Below are positions 1 through 5,101 of a stretch of 5,101 nt of DNA, piece after piece. The stretch lies in the IMG/VR virus record IMGVR_UViG_2609459833_000010, positions 1-5,101 of that record; one strand, given 5' to 3'. This stretch comes from a virus. Its lineage: Duplodnaviria > Heunggongvirae > Uroviricota > Caudoviricetes. The notes below the pieces were generated by a model, which saw nothing but the letters and a program-made list of their open reading frames with translations, ran no database searches and had not been told where the DNA came from. The position numbers were made by a program, and so were the translations under genes. Every line of letters starts with the position of its first letter. Positions within the stretch are counted from its first letter, which is position 1.

Positions 1-276
1 CAGGCTAACTGGCCGAATCTTGCCACGTTCTTCGCTTATCCAACGGACATCCGCAAAGTGATCTATACGACGAATGCCATCGAGTCGCTAAACAGCGTGA
101 TCCGCCATGCGATCAAAAAGCGTAAAGTGTTCCCGACAGACGACTCGGTGAAAAAAGTGGTGTGGCTGGCAATCCAGGCGGCTTCACAGAAATGGACGAT
201 GCCACTGCGGGACTGGCGTATGGCAATGAGCCGCTTTATTATCGAGTTCGGTGACCGCCTGGACGGCCACTTCTGA
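1..276 (+). CDS. IS256-family (Mutator-type) transposase, C-terminal fragment; the 5' end lies upstream of the window
   Basis: Frame 1 is open from base 1 to the stop at 274-276. The translation (QANWPNLATFFAYPTDIRKVIYTTNAIESLNSVIRHAIKKRKVFPTDDSVKK...KWTMPLRDWRMAMSRFIIEFGDRLDGHF) carries the C-terminal motifs typical of IS256-family transposases (YTTNxIESLN, KWTMP, F..RL). Recognised from memory, not searched. Confidence 0.8.
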   Translation, partial: QANWPNLATFFAYPTDIRKVIYTTNAIESLNSVIRHAIKKRKVFPTDDSVKKVVWLAIQAASQKWTMPLRDWRMAMSRFIIEFGDRLDGHF

Positions 277-290
277 GAAAAGGTATTTAC
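1..290 (+). mobile_element. Right-hand end of an IS256-family insertion sequence; the exact terminus is not determined
   Basis: Inferred from the transposase 3' end at 1-276. The terminal inverted repeat could not be located from sequence alone. The element must end within a few tens of bp of the stop and may overlap the 3' end of the convergent gene at 287-523. Confidence 0.45.
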
Positions 291-523
291 ACAGAATCCT
301 GAACAGGCTCTCCCCATTGTTTGTTCTTAAGTTCGATCTCCTCCTGGCAACTTGCACAAGTCCGACAACCCTGAACAGCCAGGCGTCTTCGCTCATCTAT
401 CGGATCGCCACACTCACAACAATGAGTTGCGGATACAGTCTGGTAGTTCAGACGACGCATTTTTATTGCTGTATTGCGCTGTAATTCTTCGATTTCTGAT
501 GCTGAATCAATGATGTCTGCCAT
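287..523 (-). CDS. TraR/DksA-family C4 zinc-finger protein (phage TraR-like, of the lambda Orf73 class)
   Basis: 78-aa ORF with an ATG start. It contains C-x2-C-x17-C-x2-C (CCEC...GDPIDERRRLAVQGCRT...CASC), the zinc-finger signature of TraR/DksA proteins, and its size matches F-plasmid TraR (73 aa). Confidence 0.8.
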   Translation of the reverse strand: MADIIDSASEIEELQRNTAIKMRRLNYQTVSATHCCECGDPIDERRRLAVQGCRTCASCQEEIELKNKQWGEPVQDSV

Positions 524-576
524 CTTTCATTAATCCCTGAATTGTTGGTTAATACGCTTGAGGGTAAATGCGAATA

Positions 577-600
577 ATAAAAAAGGAGCCTGTAGCTCCC
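577..600 (-). terminator. Weak candidate intrinsic terminator for the minus strand
   Basis: On the minus strand, a GGAGC / 5-nt loop / GCTCC hairpin (586-600) is followed by TTTTTTATT (577-585), about 20 nt after the stop of the 622-903 ORF. The stem is only 5 bp. Confidence 0.3.
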
Positions 601-621
601 TGATGATTTTGCTTTTCATGT

Positions 622-903
622 TCATCGTTCCTTAAAGACGCCGTTCAACATGCCGATCGCCAGGCTTAAATGAGTCGGTGTGAATCCCATCAGCGTTACC
701 GTTTCGCGGTGCTTCTTTAGTACGCTACGGCAAATGTCATCGACGTTTTTATCCGGAAACTGCTGTCTGGCTTTTTTGATTTCAGAATTAGCCTGACGGG
801 CAATGCTGCGAAGGGCGTTTTCTTGCTGAGGAGTCACTGAACAAGCCCCATGCCGGCAAGCATAAGCACACAGAATATGAAGCCCGCTGCCAGAAAAATG
901 CAT
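622..903 (-). CDS. Hypothetical small phage protein; the real start may be the internal GTG at 835-837, giving 71 aa
   Basis: 93-aa ORF from an ATG. The C-terminal 70 residues look protein-like (SEIKKARQQFPDKNVDDICRSVLKKHRETVTLMGF...), while the N-terminal 22 are Cys/His/Gly-rich and overlap another ORF. A GTG at 835-837 overlaps the stop of the 834-917 ORF. Confidence 0.45.
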   Translation of the reverse strand: MHFSGSGLHILCAYACRHGACSVTPQQENALRSIARQANSEIKKARQQFPDKNVDDICRSVLKKHRETVTLMGFTPTHLSLAIGMLNGVFKER

Positions 904-917
904 TCAGTGGTTGTCAT
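834..917 (-). CDS. Putative 27-aa hydrophobic single-helix peptide (MTTTECIFLAAGFIFCVLMLAGMGLVQ)
   Basis: Not in the supplied ORF track because it is short. Its ATG (915-917) overlaps the TGA stop of the upstream 914-1105 ORF as ATGA, suggesting translational coupling, and a purine-rich GAGAGAG lies 6 nt upstream. The product is almost entirely a transmembrane-like segment. Confidence 0.3.
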   Translation of the reverse strand: MTTTECIFLAAGFIFCVLMLAGMGLVQ

Positions 918-1105
918 ACCTGGTCTCTCTCATCTGCTTCTGCTTTCGCCACCATCATTTCCAGCTTTTGTGAAAGGGATGTGGCTAACGTATGAAATTC
1001 TTCGTCTGTTTCTACTGGTATTGGCACAAACCTGACTCTAATTTGAGCAAGGCTATGTGCCATCTCAATACTCGTTCTTAACTCAACAGGAGATGCTTTG
1101 TGCAT
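914..1105 (-). CDS. Small lambda early-left protein (orf60a/orf63 class), function unknown
   Basis: 63-aa ORF. It sits in the same position relative to exo as the small non-essential ORFs in phage lambda and overlaps the next ORF by 28 nt, as those do. Confidence 0.6.
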   Translation of the reverse strand: MHKASPVELRTSIEMAHSLAQIRVRFVPIPVETDEEFHTLATSLSQKLEMMVAKAEADERDQV

Positions 1106-1266
1106 ACCGCCTCCCGTTTATTATTTATCTTCTCAGCCAGCCGCTGTGCTTTCAGTGGATTTCTGATAACAGAAAGGCCGGGAAATACCCAGCCTCGCTT
1201 TGTAACGGAGTAGACGAAAATGATCGCGCCTACCCGGATATTATCGTGAGGATGCGTCATCGCCAT
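1078..1266 (-). CDS. Small phage protein immediately downstream of exo, function unknown
   Basis: 62-aa ORF ([62 protein letters not shown]). Its start overlaps the exo stop by 10 nt, so it belongs to the same leftward operon. Confidence 0.5.
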   Translation of the reverse strand: MAMTHPHDNIRVGAIIFVYSVTKRGWVFPGLSVIRNPLKAQRLAEKINNKREAVCTKHLLLS

Positions 1267-1937
1267 TGCTCCCCAAATACAAAACCAATTTCAGCCAGTG
1301 CCTCGTCCATTTTTTCGATGAACTCCGGCACCATCTCGTCAAAACTCGCCATGTACTTTTCATTCCGCTCAATCACGACATAATGCAGGCCTTCACGCTT
1401 CATGCGCGGGTCATAGTTGGCAAAGTACCAGGCATCTTTTCGCGTCACCCACATGCTGTACTGCACCTGGGCCATGTAAGCCGATTTTATTGCCTCGAAA
1501 CCACCGAGCCGGAATTTCATGAAATCCCGGGAGGTAAACGGGCATTTCAGTTCAAGGCCGTTGCCGTCACTGCATAAACCATCGGGAGAGCAGGCGGTGC
1601 GCATACTTTCGTCGCGATAGATGATCGGGGATTCAGTAACATTCACGCCGGAAGTGAATTCAAACAGGGTTCTGGCGTCGTTCTCGTACTGTTTTCCCCA
1701 GGCCAGCGCCTTAGCATTAACTTCCGGAGCCACACCGGTGCAAACCTCAGCCAGCAGGGTGTGGAAGTAGGACATTTTCATGTCAGGCCACTTCTTTCCT
1801 GAGCGGGGCTTTGCTATCACGTTGTGAACTTCTGAAGCGGTGATGACGCCGAGCCGTAATTTGTGCCATGCATCATCCCCCTGTTCGACAGCTCTCACGT
1901 CGATCCCGGTACGCTGCAGGATAATGTCCGGTGTCAT
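1257..1937 (-). CDS. exo: Lambda exonuclease (Red alpha), 5'-3' dsDNA exonuclease
   Basis: 226 aa, the length of lambda Exo. The sequence ([43 protein letters not shown]...) is recognised as essentially lambda Exo. Its start overlaps the bet stop by 4 nt, as in lambda. Confidence 0.96.
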   Translation of the reverse strand: MTPDIILQRTGIDVRAVEQGDDAWHKLRLGVITASEVHNVIAKPRSGKKWPDMKMSYFHTLLAEVCTGVAPEVNAKALAWGKQYENDARTLFEFTSGVNVTESPIIYRDESMRTACSPDGLCSDGNGLELKCPFTSRDFMKFRLGGFEAIKSAYMAQVQYSMWVTRKDAWYFANYDPRMKREGLHYVVIERNEKYMASFDEMVPEFIEKMDEALAEIGFVFGEQWR

Positions 1938-2719
1938 GCTGCCTCCTTCTGCTCAGTGGCTTTCTGTTTCAGGAATCCAAGAGCTTTCACTGCTTCGGCC
2001 TGTGTCAGTTCTGACGATGCGCGAATGTCGCGGCGAAATATCTGGGAACAGAGCGGCAATAAGTCGTCATCCCATGTTTTATCCAGGGCGATCAGCAGAG
2101 TGTTAATCTCCTGCATGGTTTCATCGTTAACCGGAGTGATGTCGCGTTCCGGCTGACGTTCTGCAGTGTTAGCAGTATTTTCGACAATGCGCTCGGCTTC
2201 ATCCTTGTCATAGATACCAGCAAATCCGAAGGCCAGACGGGCACACTGAATCATGGCTTTATGCCGTAACATCCGTTTGGGATGCGACTGCCACGGTCCG
2301 GTGATTTCTCTGCCTTCGCGGGTTTTGAATGGTTCGCGGCGGCATTCATCCATCCACTCGGTAACGCAGATCGGATGATTACGGTCCTTGCGGTAAATCC
2401 GGCATGTACAGGATTCATTGTCCTGCTCAAAGTCCATGCCATCAAACTGCTGGTTTTCATTGATGATGCGGGACCAGCCATCAACGCCCACCACCGGAAC
2501 GATGCCGTTCTGCTTATCAGGGAAGGCGTAAATTTCTTTCGTCCACGGATTAAGGCCGTACTGGTTGGCGACGATCAACAATGCGATGAACTGCGCATCG
2601 CTGGCATCACCTTTAAATGCCGTCTGGCGAAGAGTGGTGATCAGTTCCTGTGGGTCGACAGAATCCATGCCGACACGTTCAGCCAGCTTCCCAGCCAGCG
2701 TTGCGAGTGCTGTACTCAT
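1934..2719 (-). CDS. bet: Lambda Beta (Red beta) single-strand annealing protein
   Basis: 261 aa, the length of lambda Bet. The sequence ([66 protein letters not shown]...) is recognised as essentially lambda Bet. A GAGG Shine-Dalgarno lies about 10 nt upstream. Confidence 0.96.
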   Translation of the reverse strand: MSTALATLAGKLAERVGMDSVDPQELITTLRQTAFKGDASDAQFIALLIVANQYGLNPWTKEIYAFPDKQNGIVPVVGVDGWSRIINENQQFDGMDFEQDNESCTCRIYRKDRNHPICVTEWMDECRREPFKTREGREITGPWQSHPKRMLRHKAMIQCARLAFGFAGIYDKDEAERIVENTANTAERQPERDITPVNDETMQEINTLLIALDKTWDDDLLPLCSQIFRRDIRASSELTQAEAVKALGFLKQKATEQKEAA

Positions 2720-2724
2720 CCGTT

Positions 2725-3021
2725 TTATACCTCTGAATCAATATCAACCTGATGGTGAGCAATGGTTTCAACCATGTACCGGATGTGTTCTGCCATGCGC
2801 TCCTGAAACTCAACATCGTCATCAAATGCACGGGTAATGGCTTTTTTGCTGGCCCCGTGGCGTTGCAAATGATCGATGCAGAGTGATTCAAACAGGTGCT
2901 GTGGAAGACCTTTTTCCATGTCGTCTGCCAGTTCTGCCTCTTTCTCTTCACGGGCAATCTGCTGGTAGTGACGCGCCCAGCTCTGAGCCTCAAGACGATC
3001 CTGAATGTAATAAGCGTTCAT
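2725..3021 (-). CDS. gam: Host-nuclease (RecBCD) inhibitor Gam, short form
   Basis: 98-aa ORF ([60 protein letters not shown]...[10 protein letters not shown]) recognised as lambda GamS. An AGGAG Shine-Dalgarno lies 7 nt upstream of the ATG. An in-frame stop at 3076-3078 with no start codon in between rules out the longer lambda-type form here. Confidence 0.94.
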   Translation of the reverse strand: MNAYYIQDRLEAQSWARHYQQIAREEKEAELADDMEKGLPQHLFESLCIDHLQRHGASKKAITRAFDDDVEFQERMAEHIRYMVETIAHHQVDIDSEV

Positions 3022-3096
3022 GGCTGAACTCCTGAAAATGGCTGTGAAAATATCGCCCGCGAAATGCCAGGCTGATTAGGAAAACAGGAAAGGGGA

Positions 3097-3507
3097 TTAG
3101 TGATTCAGGCCGTTGCCTCGTCCGTCGAGAAAAACTTCCACGAGCAAATCACGGGTATAAGTGCGCTCGATGCCGCGATGCAGATATAGCCGTCCGCGTA
3201 AATTAGCTGATGCTGTCCAGGTACCATCTTTGTGTTTGACCAGCATTCCTGGCATGACCGCACCGCGATTAACGGTCTGCGTTCCGTAATGTTGATGAAC
3301 CATAAAAACTCCTGCCCGTAAGCTGGGCTGCTGAACATATAAAGACTTCTGCGCGTATTCAGGCGGTGGATGGCCGCCGGTTGTCATAACTAAGCCGCCT
3401 CGTTGAAGCGACTGAGGTATGAAATGTTGAGTTAATTTCAGCTGGTCACACCGACGTTCACGCGTCCGCTTCACCCCTCGCACTTCCCGGAGCCTGCTGA
3501 AATTCAA
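3097..3507 (-). CDS. Hypothetical Arg-rich protein or gene remnant; no ATG at the head of the ORF
   Basis: 136-codon open frame, and the plus strand here is closed in all frames. The frame opens right after a stop at 3517-3519 and its first start-like codon is TTG. The first ATG is codon 41, preceded by GAGG about 10 nt upstream, which would give 96 aa. No family recognised. Confidence 0.3.
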   Translation of the reverse strand: MNFSRLREVRGVKRTRERRCDQLKLTQHFIPQSLQRGGLVMTTGGHPPPEYAQKSLYVQQPSLRAGVFMVHQHYGTQTVNRGAVMPGMLVKHKDGTWTASANLRGRLYLHRGIERTYTRDLLVEVFLDGRGNGLNH

Positions 3508-3588
3508 GCTACGGATCTAAGCGGTCATCGCAACGGTGAATCAGGTGGTTGCCGTATCGTTGTGTTGTTGCGATATGATGATAATAGC

Positions 3589-3625
3589 TATTGCTATTGG
3601 TGATATCAATACTTATTGCTATTGG
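3589..3625. repeat. Two perfect copies of a 12-bp direct repeat, TATTGCTATTGG, 25 bp apart in AT-rich intergenic DNA
   Basis: Read directly: 3589-3600 and 3614-3625. Each copy is itself a GCTATT-type tandem, and both lie in the AT-rich spacer between the terminator at 3747-3774 and the ORF at 3097-3507. Confidence 0.5.
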
Positions 3626-3746
3626 CTGATGTGTTTTGATATTAAATGTTTGATAGCAAAAAGAATTAATTTTGTGACTTGCATCGCATAGCGATAACTG
3701 AAGCAGGGGCATGGTGGTTTTTTGAACGGTGTGTGATGAGGGGAGG

Positions 3747-3774
3747 CAAAAGAAAACCCGGCACGACGGCCGGG
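3747..3774 (-). terminator. Intrinsic (rho-independent) terminator downstream of the membrane-protein gene
   Basis: On the minus strand, a GC-rich hairpin CCCGGC-cgtcgt-GCCGGG (3757-3774) is followed by TTTTCTTTTG (3747-3756), starting 9 nt after the TGA stop at 3783-3785. Confidence 0.55.
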
Positions 3775-3782
3775 GAGGGGGG

Positions 3783-4289
3783 TCATTTTAATCTATCAAG
3801 GAGTGACTCTCTTTCCTTCTTCTCTGATTCTCTTCGGTTTAATAACGCTTTAAACTCTTGAAGCTCAACCATTATTTTATGAACGAATACACTGGTATAG
3901 AGAGAAATAAAGAGTAATCCACCTGAAATTTTTAAGACCCTGAAGAGTAGGGCTTGATCATTTGTGCTTGCTATTAACCCCAAGATTACAAACAAAGTTG
4001 AAAATACATAGAAAGCTAATAATAAAACCAATTTCAGTCTCTTGGATTTGACTATTGGCACTAATCGCCTAACCTCACTAGGGGTTAAAGACGAGTGGTC
4101 ATTGGCCTCATTTGCCTTAAAAATGGCTTGTATACAATATGATAATGGCAATTGCATGAGTCCAACCACAGCCCACGGAGCTGTTAGGACAACACCCGGT
4201 GTAATATAGCCCAATGCTGACTTGAACAAAAAGTAACCAGCAACATAGAAGACCAACATACCAATAAGGTGGATGATGTTCGATTTCAT
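3783..4289 (-). CDS. Predicted integral membrane protein (about 4 transmembrane helices, charged C-terminal tail), function unknown
   Basis: 168-aa ORF with an ATG start and a canonical AGGAGG Shine-Dalgarno 5 nt upstream. Hydrophobic stretches sit at about residues 5-22, 30-57, 85-107 and 112-136, followed by a Lys/Glu/Arg-rich tail (LQEFKALLNRRESEKKERESLLDRLK). The gene is AT-rich and starts 21 nt after the upstream gene's stop. Confidence 0.75.
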   Translation of the reverse strand: MKSNIIHLIGMLVFYVAGYFLFKSALGYITPGVVLTAPWAVVGLMQLPLSYCIQAIFKANEANDHSSLTPSEVRRLVPIVKSKRLKLVLLLAFYVFSTLFVILGLIASTNDQALLFRVLKISGGLLFISLYTSVFVHKIMVELQEFKALLNRRESEKKERESLLDRLK

Positions 4290-4310
4290 TATCGCCCTCC
4301 TTTTGGTAGG

Positions 4311-4781
4311 TTATTTTGCAACCAATTCTCCGGCATCAAGTTTTGAGAACAGCCACTTATGCATTTTTAAGAATAAATCATTTTCATCAATAATGCCATT
4401 GTTATGTTCAACGCTAATTTTTCCGGATAATTTTATCTCTTTTCCCGTTATTTCCCCACCGCCTTGAAGTTTGATGCTAATATCATCCTCATCTAGATGT
4501 CGTAGTGAGGTAGCAATACTGTCTATAACAGCTTGACCGCTATCATTTGTTTTTCTGAAGTATGTAATCTCGAGGCTTACTTGTAAATTGGCCTCATCTA
4601 ATGAATCTTTAATGTTTATATCATTTGCCCAGTTATCGCCAAAAAATGCTTTTAGTAGCGCACCTCCTTTCCCTATTGGGCGGTATTTTATTGTCTTCAC
4701 CGAACCATTTGAAAAGGAGGGTGTTTGGTTCTCTGAATTTTTAACTTCTGAAGTAATGGGTAATCTGATCTTACCCAGCAA
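4311..4781 (-). CDS. Hypothetical soluble protein, first gene of the two-gene cassette; 5' end apparently truncated by the IS3 insertion
   Basis: 156-codon frame ending in TAA at 4311-4313. The head of the frame (4766-4781) is IS3 inverted-repeat sequence and the first start-like codon is a TTG inside IS3. The native portion (4765 and below) has no ATG until near the C-terminus, and its only GTG (codon 28) has no Shine-Dalgarno. No family recognised. Confidence 0.55.
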   Translation of the reverse strand: MLGKIRLPITSEVKNSENQTPSFSNGSVKTIKYRPIGKGGALLKAFFGDNWANDINIKDSLDEANLQVSLEITYFRKTNDSGQAVIDSIATSLRHLDEDDISIKLQGGGEITGKEIKLSGKISVEHNNGIIDENDLFLKMHKWLFSKLDAGELVAK

Positions 4782-5101
4782 TAGTGGACACGCGGCTAAG
4801 TGAGTAAACTCTCAGTCAGAGGTGACTCACATGACAAAAACAGTATCAACCAGTAAAAAACCCCGTAAACAGCATTCGCCTGAATTTCGCAGTGAAGCCC
4901 TGAAGCTTGCTGAACGCATCGGTGTTACTGCCGCAGCCCGTGAACTCAGCCTGTATGAATCACAACTCTACAACTGGCGCAGTAAACAGCAAAATCAGCA
5001 GACGTCTTCTGAACGTGAACTGGAGATGTCTACCGAGATTGCACGTCTCAAACGCCAGCTGGCAGAACGGGATGAAGAGCTGGCTATCCTCCAAAAGGCC
5101 G
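4766..5101 (+). mobile_element. IS3 (IS3 family), left end and start of orfA; continues beyond the window
   Basis: The left inverted repeat begins at 4766 (TGATCTTACCCAGCAATAGTGGACACGCGGCTAAGTGAG...), followed by the orfA start at 4831. Recognised as the E. coli IS3 left end. Confidence 0.93.
4831..5101 (+). CDS. insE: IS3 OrfA (transposase N-terminal helix-turn-helix / leucine-zipper protein), 3' end outside the window
   Basis: Translation from the ATG at 4831 (MTKTVSTSKKPRKQHSPEFRSEALKLAERIGVTAAARELSLYESQLYNWRSKQQNQQTSSERELEMSTEIARLKRQLAERDEELAILQKA) is recognised as IS3 OrfA (InsE). It is absent from the ORF track only because no stop falls inside the window. Confidence 0.93.
   Translation, partial: MTKTVSTSKKPRKQHSPEFRSEALKLAERIGVTAAARELSLYESQLYNWRSKQQNQQTSSERELEMSTEIARLKRQLAERDEELAILQKA

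Noticed and set aside
63-484. ORFs 63-317 (-), 184-396 (-) and 251-484 (+)
   Set aside because: They overlap the IS256-family transposase frame or the TraR-like gene in other frames, and their translations show no recognisable features.
850-1383. Plus-strand ORFs 850-1035 and 1057-1383
   Set aside because: They are antisense to the leftward operon of small phage genes and the exo 3' end, with no ribosome-binding sites noted. Probably shadow ORFs.
1266-2837. Plus-strand ORFs 1266-1577, 1840-2106, 1863-2156, 2282-2752 and 2565-2837, and minus-strand ORF 2251-2484
   Set aside because: All lie antisense to or out of frame within exo and bet, which are confidently identified. Their translations are Cys/Arg/Ser-rich and not protein-like, so they are shadow ORFs.
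2679-2993. 104-aa minus-strand ORF overlapping gam
   Set aside because: It is an alternative frame inside the recognised gam coding sequence and has no independent support.
3105-3338. 77-aa minus-strand ORF nested within 3097-3507
   Set aside because: It is an alternative frame of the same region. The longer frame is the only one open across the whole segment.
3589-3625. Possible CRISPR array
   Set aside because: There are only two 12-bp repeat copies with a 13-bp spacer, far below CRISPR repeat length and number, and no cas genes are present.
3674-3700. Possible sigma-70 promoter (GTGACT ... GATAAC) on the plus strand
   Set aside because: The hexamers match the consensus poorly and there is no downstream plus-strand gene before the convergent minus-strand cassette.
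3509-3861. ORFs 3509-3712 (-) and 3679-3861 (+) in the AT-rich spacer
   Set aside because: The translations are low-complexity. One overlaps the terminator and the 3' end of the membrane-protein gene on the opposite strand. The region reads better as intergenic regulatory DNA.
4655-4675. Strong Shine-Dalgarno-like AAAGGAGGT inside the 156-codon gene (minus strand)
   Set aside because: It encodes Lys-Gly-Gly in frame and is not followed by any in-frame start codon, so it is coincidental.
4273-4803. Plus-strand ORFs 4273-4467 and 4588-4803
   Set aside because: They are antisense to the two cassette genes, and the second runs into the IS3 inverted repeat. The minus-strand genes have the ribosome-binding site, coupling and terminator.

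Overview
This window reads as an IS-flanked, mosaic remnant of a lambdoid prophage. From left to right: the 3' end of an IS256-family transposase gene (1-276, + strand); a minus-strand run of phage early-left genes comprising a TraR/DksA-type zinc-finger protein (287-523), small ORFs (622-1266) and an apparently intact lambda Red module exo-bet-gam (1257-3021); an unassigned Arg-rich ORF with no ATG start (3097-3507); an AT-rich intergenic stretch with a 12-bp direct repeat (about 3510-3745); and an AT-rich two-gene cassette on the minus strand (3783-4781) encoding a soluble protein followed by a predicted 4-helix membrane protein, whose 5' end is cut by an IS3 copy (4766 to window end). The cassette is the best candidate for an undescribed accessory or defence module, but its upstream gene looks decapitated by IS3. 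All homology calls are from recognition of the translated sequences, not from a database search.
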